A DNA stretch of 64,000 nt from Candidatus Nomurabacteria bacterium (GCA_020632135.1 JACKGC010000001.1:308241-372240), one strand, 5' to 3'; positions 43,968 to 52,697 are shown, counted from the first letter of the stretch. Notes: a model not told the origin generated them from the letters alone. Made by a program: numbers and translations.

Positions 43968-44227
43968 TACATCTCATCTATATCATCAAAACTATCGAAA
44001 TCTACATCTTCAGCATCAGCCTCAAGTTCGTCATCGTCATCGTCCTCCTCTTCCTCCACTTCTTCATCCTCCTCGCTTTCATTAATATGCCCAAATCCTT
44101 CTACTTCATCATCAGAATCAACATTGCTGTCACCTACCTCATCAAGGAGATCATCATCCAAAGATGCGTCTTCATCGTCCGGATTTTCTTCCAACTCTTC
44201 TTCATCGTCAGTTCGAAAGTAGATCAT
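43967..44227 (-). CDS. Small, extremely acidic protein (86 aa)
   Basis: More than half of the residues are D or E (e.g. EEDEEVEEEEDDDDDELEADAEDVDFDSFDDIDEM). A TATAAT lies upstream and a terminator downstream. Confidence 0.45.
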   Translation of the reverse strand: MIYFRTDDEEELEENPDDEDASLDDDLLDEVGDSNVDSDDEVEGFGHINESEEDEEVEEEEDDDDDELEADAEDVDFDSFDDIDEM

Positions 44228-44305
44228 AGGTACTGGATTATAAAATGATTTGTATCAAAATAGCGCACCATACAGAATAATTCAATAGTGCATCAGTCGC
44301 AGATT

Positions 44306-44785
44306 TTACTGGTTCCTGCCGTAATGTGCAAGGCACGTTATGCCGACTGCGATGGCATCATATTCATCATCCAGCGCTTTTAGCGGTACATTTGGTACCA
44401 GACGTTGTACCATATCGATGACCGCGTTTTTATCACTTTTACCATAGCCAGTAACAGCTATTTTTATCTCCTGTGGGCCAAATTCATACACACGACAGTT
44501 GTGAGTTTGAGCTAAGTACATGAGGATGCCACGTGCCTGCGCTACTCCCATAGCCGTTTTTTGGTTTTTATTGAAAAAGAGGGTTTCGATAGCAAGGGTA
44601 TCGGGGGAGTGGGTAGTGAGGAGCGCCTCAAAGTGATCTCCGATCACTTTGAGGCGCTCCGATAACGGAGCAGTCTTATCTGTTTCTATGCAATCAGAAT
44701 ACAGCAGGTGTTCACTGCCGTTCTTAAATTCCATGATTGCGACACCAAGTCGGTCGTAGCCTGGGTCTACTGCTAGTACACGCAT
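44306..44785 (-). CDS. ruvC: Holliday junction resolvase RuvC
   Basis: MRVLAVDPGYDRLGVAIME at the N-terminus and the ...DDEYDAIAVGI catalytic acidic residues. Confidence 0.85.
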   Translation of the reverse strand: MRVLAVDPGYDRLGVAIMEFKNGSEHLLYSDCIETDKTAPLSERLKVIGDHFEALLTTHSPDTLAIETLFFNKNQKTAMGVAQARGILMYLAQTHNCRVYEFGPQEIKIAVTGYGKSDKNAVIDMVQRLVPNVPLKALDDEYDAIAVGITCLAHYGRNQ

Positions 44786-44843
44786 ATGTTAAGTATAGCT
44801 AGAGCAGCGGAAAATAAAAGTATCCGATACGGAGGTTGATGTC

Positions 44844-45017
44844 GTAAAACTAAACCGCTTCTGCTCAGCCGAGTGCTCCGTGCCGAGATAGCTATGGTCG
44901 CCTGCACAACGCAAAAAGCCAAAATTGCATTCGCTCAAACAGTGACTTTTTGTTGTTCCGGCTCCCTAGCTATCTACCATCTCTCCGTAAGACTTCACAG
45001 AAGTGGTTTGGTTTTAC
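44844..45017. repeat. Intergenic foldback element E5 (20-bp closing stem, ~134-nt interior)
   Basis: Stem gtaaaactaaaccgcttctg / cagaagtggtttggttttac has 18 Watson-Crick pairs plus 2 pairs that are G-U only in a plus-strand RNA. There is an inner stem agatagcta/tagctatct. The interior carries tatggtcgcctgc, the complement of the GCAGGCGACCATA box. Confidence 0.6.
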
Positions 45018-45559
45018 TCCTCCTCTGGCGTATCAGCAGCGGTGTACACATTCGTCACATCGTCGTTGTCTTCCAGAGCTTCGATGAAGGTGGCGAGCTT
45101 TTCGCCGGTCTCGTCATCAAGTTCCATGGGGGTGTTTGGGGTGTACCCGTCAGCGGTCTTGGTAAAGGCCCATGAAGCAGAGCCTGGTGTACCAAGCTCC
45201 AGTCCAGCTTTTGAGAAGATGTGGCGGATCTCTGGTGCGGTACGGTTGTTGTTGTCGGTCACGGCTTGAATGAGCAGAGCAATACCACCCGGACCATATC
45301 CTTCATACATCACTTCTTCCAGAGCGGCGCCTCCGCCGCCGCTCCCTTTCGCGAGCGCCTTTTCAATATTGTCTTTTGGCATTGAGTCTCTTTTCGCTCG
45401 TTCTACTGCCGCAAGTACACCAGCTGAACTAACGTCACCACCAGCTTGTTTTACAGCGATGGTAATGAGGGCAGAGTGTTTGGAAAATATCTTACTCTTC
45501 ACCGCATCTGTTGCAGCTTTTTTATGTTTGATCTTTGACCATTTGTTATGTCCTGACAT
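45014..45559 (-). CDS. yebC: YebC/PmpR-family transcriptional regulator (short form)
   Basis: MSGHNKWSKIKHKKAATDAVKSKIFSK...YEGYGPGGIALL is the typical YebC N-terminus. Confidence 0.8.
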   Translation of the reverse strand: MSGHNKWSKIKHKKAATDAVKSKIFSKHSALITIAVKQAGGDVSSAGVLAAVERAKRDSMPKDNIEKALAKGSGGGGAALEEVMYEGYGPGGIALLIQAVTDNNNRTAPEIRHIFSKAGLELGTPGSASWAFTKTADGYTPNTPMELDDETGEKLATFIEALEDNDDVTNVYTAADTPEEE

Positions 45560-45561
45560 AC

Positions 45562-46545
45562 TTATTCATTACTAATACTAATATGACCATATGCATCGGG
45601 GCTGGCGGTGCGGCCGCGCGGGGTGCGCTCAAGGAGGCCGTGGCGGATGAGATAGGGTTCTATAACGTCCTCTATAGTGGAGGGTTCTTCACCGGTGGCG
45701 GCTGCGATAGTATTGAGTCCAACCGGGCCACCGTTAAATTTATGAATGATCACTTCCAGTACAGCCCGGTCGGGTTTACCTAAGCCAAGTGAATCAATCT
45801 CTAGGAGATCAAACGTTTTTTCTACAATTGCATTGGTCAACTCACCTCCTTCAAGTTGCGCGAGGTCTCGACAGCGCTTGAGCAGGTAGTTAGCGGTGCG
45901 CGGTGTTGCTCGACAGCGTTTGGCGATCTTTGCAACAAGTTCTTGCGTTGGTGACATGCCAAGCAGCTCGGCTGACCGGGTAAGGATGGTCGCGATTTCA
46001 TCATCACTATAAAACTCAAGCCGGAAGGTTCCGCCCGAGAAGCGACTACGGAGTGGTGAGGAGAGTAGGGAAATTCGGGTGGTGGCGGCGACCATGGTAA
46101 AGGGTGGCAACTCAAGCTGCACTGTGCGGGCTGACGGTCCTTTGCCGATGATTATATCAAGTACCCCTGACTCCATAGCAGGGTAGAGCACCTCCTCAAT
46201 GCTCTTACTAAGGCGATGGATCTCATCAATGAAGAGCACATCACCAGGGGAGAGGTTGGTAAGGATGGCCGCTAAGTCACCTACTCGCTCAATTGCTGGG
46301 CCAGAAGTGATCTTCATGTTCGTGCCGAGGGTCTTTGAGACCAAGTTGGCGAGAGTGGTTTTTCCGAGTCCTGGTGGACCATAAAGCAGAATGTGCTCGG
46401 CAGCATGACCACGTTCTTTTGCGGCAGTTAAAAGAATACGTAAGTTTTCTTTGATCTTTTCTTGCCCAACATACTCTTCCCAGGTTTGTGGTCGAAGGGT
46501 ACGGTCGAGGTTGCTGGCGTCGTCGCGGGTGATGTTATTGGCCAT
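45562..46545 (-). CDS. ruvB: Holliday junction branch migration ATPase RuvB
   Basis: [12 protein letters not shown], Walker [12 protein letters not shown], Walker [10 protein letters not shown] and a C-terminal winged helix. Confidence 0.95.
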   Translation of the reverse strand: MANNITRDDASNLDRTLRPQTWEEYVGQEKIKENLRILLTAAKERGHAAEHILLYGPPGLGKTTLANLVSKTLGTNMKITSGPAIERVGDLAAILTNLSPGDVLFIDEIHRLSKSIEEVLYPAMESGVLDIIIGKGPSARTVQLELPPFTMVAATTRISLLSSPLRSRFSGGTFRLEFYSDDEIATILTRSAELLGMSPTQELVAKIAKRCRATPRTANYLLKRCRDLAQLEGGELTNAIVEKTFDLLEIDSLGLGKPDRAVLEVIIHKFNGGPVGLNTIAAATGEEPSTIEDVIEPYLIRHGLLERTPRGRTASPDAYGHISISNE

Positions 46546-46691
46546 AGGTATGGCTAGTATAGCAAAATATACGCTGTAAAAGCATCAGTTGAACTTCAAG
46601 CAAGTGCTATCTCTCACACTAAACGTGGCCTTTTTTAAGGCAGGGTGCTCGATATCTTACTCACTTCAAACCCAAAAGCACGGTAAAGGTG

Positions 46692-46719
46692 TTGACAAAA
46701 TTTTAAAGTATGCTAGTAT
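46692..46719 (+). promoter_or_regulatory. Sigma70-type promoter (TTGACA-N16-TAGTAT) with no downstream long ORF
   Basis: TTGACA at 46692-46697 and TAGTAT at 46714-46719. It points at the foldback element and the terminator at 47013-47043. Confidence 0.55.
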
Positions 46720-46776
46720 ATCTAACAATTGATGTTCTCCATCACACCAATGTGGGTGTGTGTTTATTTTGAGGCA

Positions 46777-46924
46777 ATTCCAGACGATAACTCTCTAAGC
46801 AACTTTGTATGCGTTGCGAGGGGTTCTATGGCACTCACCACTGAGTGAGAGCGCTGTATACTTACTTAGCGCGGCATGCGACTTTCAATGCGGAAGCTTT
46901 GCTTAGAGAGTTATATTCTGGAAT
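46777..46924. repeat. Intergenic foldback element E6 (26-bp closing stem with a 2-nt internal mismatch)
   Basis: Stem attccagacgataactctctaagcaa / ttgcttagagagttatattctggaat around a 96-nt interior containing ctcac..gtgag and gcgct..agcgc hairpins. Confidence 0.6.
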
Positions 46925-47012
46925 GAGCGTTGATGAGCTGACAGTAGCATAAAAAAAGCCACTGCGCTCTTGACCGAAAAACATTTCACTCTTGAAACTC
47001 AATAAAAAGTAA

Positions 47013-47043
47013 AAAGCGGCGGGCCCTTCGGGCCCGCCGCTTT
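47013..47043. terminator. Bidirectional terminator hairpin
   Basis: aaagcggcgggccc ttcg ggcccgccgcttt. Confidence 0.8.
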
Positions 47044-47044
47044 A

Positions 47045-48817
47045 TTACACCACGTGTTTTAGAAAATCATCATCACTCACTATATCTGAACCGGGTACAT
47101 TTTGTTGTACAGGTAAAGTGGGGTTGGTGGCAAGGTGGTAGGGGAGTTCAATTACTCGCTCGAGCTCTTTCATTGATGTCATACCATGGAGAACTTTTTC
47201 AATCCCGTCTTCTAGCATGGTCGGAATACCCTGTGGTCTGGCTGCTTCAAGAATAACATGCTCACGCGGGTCGCGGATCACCACCTCTTCGACTGCTTCA
47301 TCCATAATGATTCCTTCAAAGATACCCACTCGTCCTTTAAAGCCGGTGCCACCACATACAGGGCAACCAACCGGGCGATAGAGGGTGATGCTTGGTGGTA
47401 CAGGTACTGGGTGTGGGTGTTTTGACATGATGTACTGAATGAGTTGCGCATCTTCAGATGTGGCCGCTTCAGGTGCTTTACAATCCTCACATAACACACG
47501 CACCAGGCGTTGACCCATGATGATATTGATAGCGGTACCCATTACTCGCGGGTCGATCCCGAGGTCAATGAGGCGCGGGAAGCCACCAACCGCGCTATTG
47601 GTGTGGAGAGTGGAGAACACTAGGTGACCTGTTTGGGCAGCATGGATAGCGGTCTCAGCAACTTCTCGATCACGGATCTCACCGATCATGATCACATCAG
47701 GGTCCTGGCGAAGAATGGCACGCAGGCCCGAAGCAAAGGTGTAGTCATCTCCAGTCTGAGTTTGGACGATCCCCTCGAGTTTGTATTCTACCGGATTCTC
47801 GATAGTGATGATCTTAACTCCTTCATGATGCACTTGCTGTAGGTACGCATAGAGAGCGGTGGTTTTACCAGAACCTGTTGGGCCAGTAGTGATCACTAGC
47901 CCGTTTGGTTTTTTAAGTTCCCGCAAGAGCGCAGCTTCAATATGCTTATTCAACTTAATACGATCGAGTGAGAAACTCGCAACCGTTGGGTCCAAAAGAC
48001 GCATTACGATCGACTCACCGAGCGCACCTGGGATGACTGAAGATCGCACCTCTACCTCGCGCTCACCAGTGTTGAAGGTGAAGCGACCATCTTGCGCCTC
48101 AGCGCGGGAATTGAGAACCATACCCGAAAGTAGTTTCAAACGAGAGATCATCCGGTTGAAAATATATGACTCAAGGTCAGCGACATCGTGGAGTACACCA
48201 TCAAAACGGTACCGGAGGCGGATACCGCTATCTTCTGGTTCGATGTGGATGTCTGATGCGCCTAAGGCGAGCCCGCCAGCAAAGATCAATTCAAGGGTTT
48301 CTGAGATACGACGTGACTTATTGGCGGTGCGAATATCCATCAGGATGCGTGGCACATCTTCCACCTGCTTGATCTCAGTGGTGAGGCGCTGGATGTCGGC
48401 AGCGCTGATCTCAAATACCCCCTTCTTCTCAGCGGTGGAGGAGGTTACATCAGCGTAGCGTTTCCAGGCATACTCAAGGCTGGCTTGAGAACACATGTAT
48501 ACGAGCAGGGTATAGCGGCGACCTTCGAGGGTTTGCAACAACGCTTGCGTCTTTGGGTTACTTGGATTCTTTGCTGCCACAGAAAGAGTATTGCGATGGA
48601 GCTCAAAACCAACTATCTCTGCTTCTTTGGCTTTTTCTTCTGGGATCGCCGCGATCGCTTCAGGGTTGATGGTGTACCCTTGTAAATTTATGTACTCAAA
48701 ACCTAATTTTGGAGCAGTCATTTGAATGACCTGCTCTTCTTCACGAGCGCGCAGATCAGCAATGCGAGTGTCTGAGCGACTGTCATCGAACGTAACCATA
48801 TATGCAAATGATAGCAT
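47045..48817 (-). CDS. GspE/PilB-family type II secretion / type IV pilus assembly ATPase
   Basis: Walker A GPTGSGKTT, GEIRD, HLVFSTLHTN and a tetracysteine motif (CEDC...CPVCGGTGFKGR). The start may be 48799. Confidence 0.85.
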   Translation of the reverse strand: MLSFAYMVTFDDSRSDTRIADLRAREEEQVIQMTAPKLGFEYINLQGYTINPEAIAAIPEEKAKEAEIVGFELHRNTLSVAAKNPSNPKTQALLQTLEGRRYTLLVYMCSQASLEYAWKRYADVTSSTAEKKGVFEISAADIQRLTTEIKQVEDVPRILMDIRTANKSRRISETLELIFAGGLALGASDIHIEPEDSGIRLRYRFDGVLHDVADLESYIFNRMISRLKLLSGMVLNSRAEAQDGRFTFNTGEREVEVRSSVIPGALGESIVMRLLDPTVASFSLDRIKLNKHIEAALLRELKKPNGLVITTGPTGSGKTTALYAYLQQVHHEGVKIITIENPVEYKLEGIVQTQTGDDYTFASGLRAILRQDPDVIMIGEIRDREVAETAIHAAQTGHLVFSTLHTNSAVGGFPRLIDLGIDPRVMGTAINIIMGQRLVRVLCEDCKAPEAATSEDAQLIQYIMSKHPHPVPVPPSITLYRPVGCPVCGGTGFKGRVGIFEGIIMDEAVEEVVIRDPREHVILEAARPQGIPTMLEDGIEKVLHGMTSMKELERVIELPYHLATNPTLPVQQNVPGSDIVSDDDFLKHVV

Positions 48818-48869
48818 GTGCTTTTTTCATTTCCGGCCATTTGTGTATAATCGCTGTACTACCTGATCT

Positions 48870-49328
48870 ATGACTCAAACCACATACACTGTAGCGCAAC
48901 CCACAGACTTTCTACCGATCGTTAAGGAGATCCTTGGTTATCCTTATGTCACTACCGGCCAGGCAGTGGTGATCGCGCTTATGGGGGATTTAGGGGCTGG
49001 AAAGACCACCTTCACACAACAACTAGGAGCAGTGTTAGGAGTAAGTGGATCTATTACTAGTCCTACCTTCACGATCATGAAACAGTATCCACTTACTCAT
49101 GCGCAATTCGACACATTAGTTCACATTGATGCGTATCGGTTTGAGTCTGAGTCTGAAGCGGTGCCGCTTCGACTCACAGAGATATTTGAAACTCCTCGTA
49201 CGATCGTGTGTTTAGAGTGGCCGGAACGCATCGCTACAGTAGTGTCTGATACGGCTATAAAAATGAATATTGAGGTGGGCCCAAATAATGATCGTATTGT
49301 GACCATTGACTGGCCAACTGGGAAGTAG
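48870..49328 (+). CDS. tsaE: tRNA t6A37 biosynthesis ATPase TsaE
   Basis: GDLGAGKTTFTQ, SPTFTIMKQY and HIDAYR. Confidence 0.85.
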   Translation: MTQTTYTVAQPTDFLPIVKEILGYPYVTTGQAVVIALMGDLGAGKTTFTQQLGAVLGVSGSITSPTFTIMKQYPLTHAQFDTLVHIDAYRFESESEAVPLRLTEIFETPRTIVCLEWPERIATVVSDTAIKMNIEVGPNNDRIVTIDWPTGK

Positions 49329-49360
49329 TGCTGCCAATCCAAAACCCGTATACTACCCTC

Positions 49361-51748
49361 ATGGCAAAGAAAGACACTCCGACTTTGGTACTACTTGATG
49401 CACACGCGATCTTGCACCGTGCATACCATGCGCTCCCAGACTTTTCTTCACCAACTGGTGAACCAACCGGTGCGCTTTACGGTGTAACCACAATGTTACT
49501 GAGGATAATCGAAGAATTTAAACCGCAGTACATAGCCGCGTGTTACGACCTTCCTGAAGCAACTTATCGCCATGAAGCGTACGATGGTTACAAAGCTGGT
49601 CGTAAAAAAACTGACGAAGCGTTGGTGCAGCAGATCGACCGCTCGCGCGACATTTTTAAAGTCTTCGGGATTCCTATTTTTGAGAAGCCAGGTTTTGAGG
49701 CCGATGATATACTCGGCACCATTGCGCATCTTACTGCGAACGATAAAGATTTGCGCGTTATCATCGCCTCCGGCGATATGGACACAATGCAGTGTGTCGA
49801 TAAAAAACGCGTACAGGTGTTTACTCTTAAAAAAGGTATTAAGGATACGATCCTCTATGATGAAGCGGCAGTGAAGGAGCGGTTTGGTTTTGGTCCGCAG
49901 CTAGTGCCTGACTATAAGGGTCTGCGTGGTGATGCCTCCGACAATATCCCGGGTATTGCAGGGATAGGTGAAAAAACTGCCACAACACTCATCACCACCT
50001 TTGGCACGATCGAGCAGCTCTATAACAAACTTGCCGCGAAGAATGGTGAAGAAAAATTCGCTGCAGTTGGTATCAAACCGCGCATCGTTGGCCTGCTTAA
50101 GGAAGGAAAAGAGGATGCGGAATTTTCTAAGATGCTCGCCACGATTCGGGTGGATGCCCTAGAGAAGTTTGATGTACATGAAACTGAATGGAAGAAAAAT
50201 GCTGACACTGATGAGATCATTAAGCTCTTCAGCGAACTCGGTTTCCGGGCAGTGACCGACCGAGTGAAGAAACTGTTTGACATGGAACTGGTCGATACGG
50301 CCGCGATCGCGGCGTCTGTTAGTGATGAAGCATTAGAAGAAGGAAAAATTCTACTGTGGCTGCTTGAGAGTGAGCGCACCAATGCATCATTTGATGACAT
50401 TCTTGATTACGGAAAGTCGTTTCTCCAAGCGACTGATTGGAGTGAGACGGTGAAGTTGTTGCACCGGCGGGTGCACGATCAGGGACTAGAAAAGATATTT
50501 GTTGAGATCGAGCAACCATTGATCCCAGTCCTGGCGAAAATGAAACAGCTTGGGATCTTGCTCGATACAAAGTATTTAGAAAAGCTGTCCAAACAATTCC
50601 ATAAAGAATTAACTGGACTCGAAAAGAACATATATAAGTACGCAGAAAGCGAGTTCAACATTAATTCACCCAAGCAGCTTGGTGAGGTGCTCTTTGATAC
50701 ACTTGGTCTCAAGCCAAAAAATGCGAAGAAAACCACCGGCGGGCAGCGTTCGACCAAAGAGTCAGAGCTTGAGAAATTGCGTGATGAGCATCCGATCATT
50801 GCAGAGATCTTGCGGTACCGTGAGCTGCAGAAGCTGGTCTCGACCTACGTCGATAACTTGCCAAAACTGGTGGGGGAGGATGGACGGCTACACTCAACAT
50901 TGCTCCAGACTGGCGCCGCGACCGGCCGCATGGCGAGCAAGGATCCGAATTTACAGAACATTCCGATCCGTACTGAAGAAGGGAGGCTCGTTCGCGGCGC
51001 CTTTATCGCCGAAGCTGGTTACCAGCTAGTGGCGATCGACTACTCGCAGATCGAGCTCCGCATCGCTGCTATCCTCTCTGAGGATCCGCAGATGATCGAG
51101 ATCTTCAAGCGAGGTGAAGACGTGCACGCGGGTGTGGCTTCACGGGTGTTTGGGGTGCCGGAAGCGGAAGTGACAGCTGACATGCGCCGCAAGGCCAAGG
51201 TGATCAACTTTGGCATTCTCTATGGCATGGGGGTTAATGCGCTCCGAACTAATCTCGGCGAAGGAACGCCGCGCGAAGAAGCACAAGAATTCTTAAATGC
51301 GTATTTCAACACCTTCACGCGTCTAGCTGAGTACCTTGAAGACACCAAAACCTTCGCACGGCAGCATGGCTACACCGAGACACTCATTGGGCGCCGTCGA
51401 AAATTCCCAGGCATTACTTCTTCTGTGCCGTTTATCCGTGCGCAGGCCGAACGGATGGCTATTAACGCCCCGATCCAAGGAACGGCAGCTGACTGTATGC
51501 GTCTCGCAATGCTGCACGTGCACAATTATATTGAAGAACTCAAAAACCCCGACGACGTGCGTATGTTACTCCAGGTCCACGACGAACTCGTCTTTGAGAT
51601 TAAAACTGAAGTACTGAAGGAAAGCGTGCAGAAGATCATCGAAATCATGGAAGGGGTGCTTTCAGAGAAGGAGAGTCATGGAGTACCACTGATTGCTGAG
51701 GCAAAGGTGGGGGAGAATTGGGATAGTATGCGTCCACTACAAAAATGA
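49361..51748 (+). CDS. polA: DNA polymerase I
   Basis: 5' nuclease domain (LLDAHAILHRAYHA, GDASDNIPGI). Pol motif A (DYSQIELR), motif B (RRKAKVINFGILYGMG) and motif C (QVHDELVFE). Confidence 0.9.
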   Translation: MAKKDTPTLVLLDAHAILHRAYHALPDFSSPTGEPTGALYGVTTMLLRIIEEFKPQYIAACYDLPEATYRHEAYDGYKAGRKKTDEALVQQIDRSRDIFKVFGIPIFEKPGFEADDILGTIAHLTANDKDLRVIIASGDMDTMQCVDKKRVQVFTLKKGIKDTILYDEAAVKERFGFGPQLVPDYKGLRGDASDNIPGIAGIGEKTATTLITTFGTIEQLYNKLAAKNGEEKFAAVGIKPRIVGLLKEGKEDAEFSKMLATIRVDALEKFDVHETEWKKNADTDEIIKLFSELGFRAVTDRVKKLFDMELVDTAAIAASVSDEALEEGKILLWLLESERTNASFDDILDYGKSFLQATDWSETVKLLHRRVHDQGLEKIFVEIEQPLIPVLAKMKQLGILLDTKYLEKLSKQFHKELTGLEKNIYKYAESEFNINSPKQLGEVLFDTLGLKPKNAKKTTGGQRSTKESELEKLRDEHPIIAEILRYRELQKLVSTYVDNLPKLVGEDGRLHSTLLQTGAATGRMASKDPNLQNIPIRTEEGRLVRGAFIAEAGYQLVAIDYSQIELRIAAILSEDPQMIEIFKRGEDVHAGVASRVFGVPEAEVTADMRRKAKVINFGILYGMGVNALRTNLGEGTPREEAQEFLNAYFNTFTRLAEYLEDTKTFARQHGYTETLIGRRRKFPGITSSVPFIRAQAERMAINAPIQGTAADCMRLAMLHVHNYIEELKNPDDVRMLLQVHDELVFEIKTEVLKESVQKIIEIMEGVLSEKESHGVPLIAEAKVGENWDSMRPLQK

Positions 51749-51752
51749 TCTT

Positions 51753-52454
51753 ATGTACGTAGTATTTTTTGGAACAGATCGAGGTGGTGTGCGCGATGCA
51801 GCTACTTCATATATAGAAAAGAATCTGCCAGCAGACGCTACGCTTACCACTATTGACGCTGCGGAGTATCAGCCCAGTCAGCTATCTGACGCACTCGGCG
51901 CATCGTCACTCTTTGGCGGAGAGGAGTGGTTTGTGATCGATACACCCTCCAATAATAGTGAGTGCGACGAAGAGGTGAAAGGTGCACTTGCCGACATGGC
52001 AGAGTCATCGAATACATTCATCGTGCTTGAGAGTGCACTGCTTGCTGCATCTAAAAAAACGTATGCCAAACACGCGACAAATATGCAAGAATGTACAGCT
52101 GAAAAAGCAGACCGCTTCAATTCTTTCGCACTTGCTGAGGCATTGGCAGGGAAAGATAAACGGAAACTCTGGGTGTTACTTCAAGAAGCTAAATTGAGTG
52201 GTATGCGTGAAGAGGAAATTGTTGGGATGCTCTGGTGGCAACTCAAGGCACTACGCTTGGCGCAAACTACCAGAAGTGCGGCTGAAGCTGGCATGAAAGA
52301 TTTTCCCTACAACAAAGCCAAGCGTGCACTGGTACAATTTGCTCCAGGTGAGGTGGAGCGGATCACACAGTCTCTCTTAGAGCTGTATCATGACGGTCAT
52401 GCTGGGGTGCGAGAGATGGACTTGGCGTTGGAGGAGTGGGTGTTGCGGGTGTAG
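51753..52454 (+). CDS. holA: DNA polymerase III delta subunit-like (short)
   Basis: 233 aa. It starts 5 nt after the polA stop. The pattern ...FIVLES.....KLWVLLQEAKLSGMREEEIVGMLWWQLKALRLA resembles HolA domains. This is a tentative call. Confidence 0.45.
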   Translation: MYVVFFGTDRGGVRDAATSYIEKNLPADATLTTIDAAEYQPSQLSDALGASSLFGGEEWFVIDTPSNNSECDEEVKGALADMAESSNTFIVLESALLAASKKTYAKHATNMQECTAEKADRFNSFALAEALAGKDKRKLWVLLQEAKLSGMREEEIVGMLWWQLKALRLAQTTRSAAEAGMKDFPYNKAKRALVQFAPGEVERITQSLLELYHDGHAGVREMDLALEEWVLRV

Positions 52455-52458
52455 TAGA

Positions 52459-52514
52459 GGTGGGCGGACAAATAAAAAAACGGCGGATGCCGTTTTTTTA
52501 TTTGTCCGCCCACC
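52459..52514. terminator. Perfect 26-bp palindrome (bidirectional terminator) incorporating the 3' end of tRNA-Lys
   Basis: ggtgggcggacaaataaaaaaacggc ggat gccgtttttttatttgtccgcccacc. The right arm overlaps the tRNA acceptor 3' strand. Confidence 0.75.
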
Positions 52515-52577
52515 AGGGCTCGAACCTGGGACCCTCAGCTTAAAAGGCTGCTGCTCTACCGACTGAGCTATGGGCGG
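52505..52577 (-). tRNA. tRNA-Lys (anticodon UUU)
   Basis: Manual cloverleaf: acceptor CCGCCCA/TGGGCGG, D arm GCTC-AGTCGGTA-GAGC, anticodon loop CTTTTAA, T arm CCAGG-TTCGAGC-CCTGG, discriminator A. CCA is not encoded. Confidence 0.85.
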
Positions 52578-52616
52578 ATGTTTGTACTTTGCATATTTTC
52601 AGTGTTCCACATGTTT

Positions 52617-52697
52617 GTCCGCAGCCATTTAAGGCTTAAAAGGCGTTCGACAGTCTCCCAGACTGTCTCACCTCCACAGACTGAGCTATGGGCGGAG
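52617..52697 (-). pseudogene. Decayed tRNA-Lys-like copy
   Basis: The first 17 nt (CCGCCCATAGCTCAGTC) are identical to tRNA-Lys. It shares GCCTTTTAAGC and a GCGGACAAA 3' end. An inserted hairpin (GACAGTCT GGG AGACTGTC) is present, and there is no canonical T arm or 7-bp acceptor. Confidence 0.55.

Noticed and set aside
46720-47043. Identification of the orphan transcription unit as tmRNA, RNase P RNA, 6S RNA or SRP RNA
   Set aside because: It has no tRNA-like acceptor/T-arm or tag ORF, no GGAAAGUCCGG-type RNase P core, and no GGAAGCAGC SRP motif. It is too long for a typical 6S RNA. I left it as an unknown candidate ncRNA.
47859-48458. 199-aa plus-strand ORF; similar cases at 40549-41181, 14056-14655 and 1729-2202
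   Set aside because: All are antisense to strongly supported genes (the gspE-like gene, PBP1A, pnp and the clp-like gene). They are rich in Ser, Arg and Pro, as is typical of shadow frames.
52617-52697. Possible functional tRNA-Pro(GGG): an ACAGT-CTGGGAG-ACTGT arm looks like an anticodon stem-loop
   Set aside because: Only 5 acceptor pairs can form, there is no TTCGA-type T loop, and the D stem is imperfect. The segment is clearly derived from tRNA-Lys, so I call it a decayed copy.
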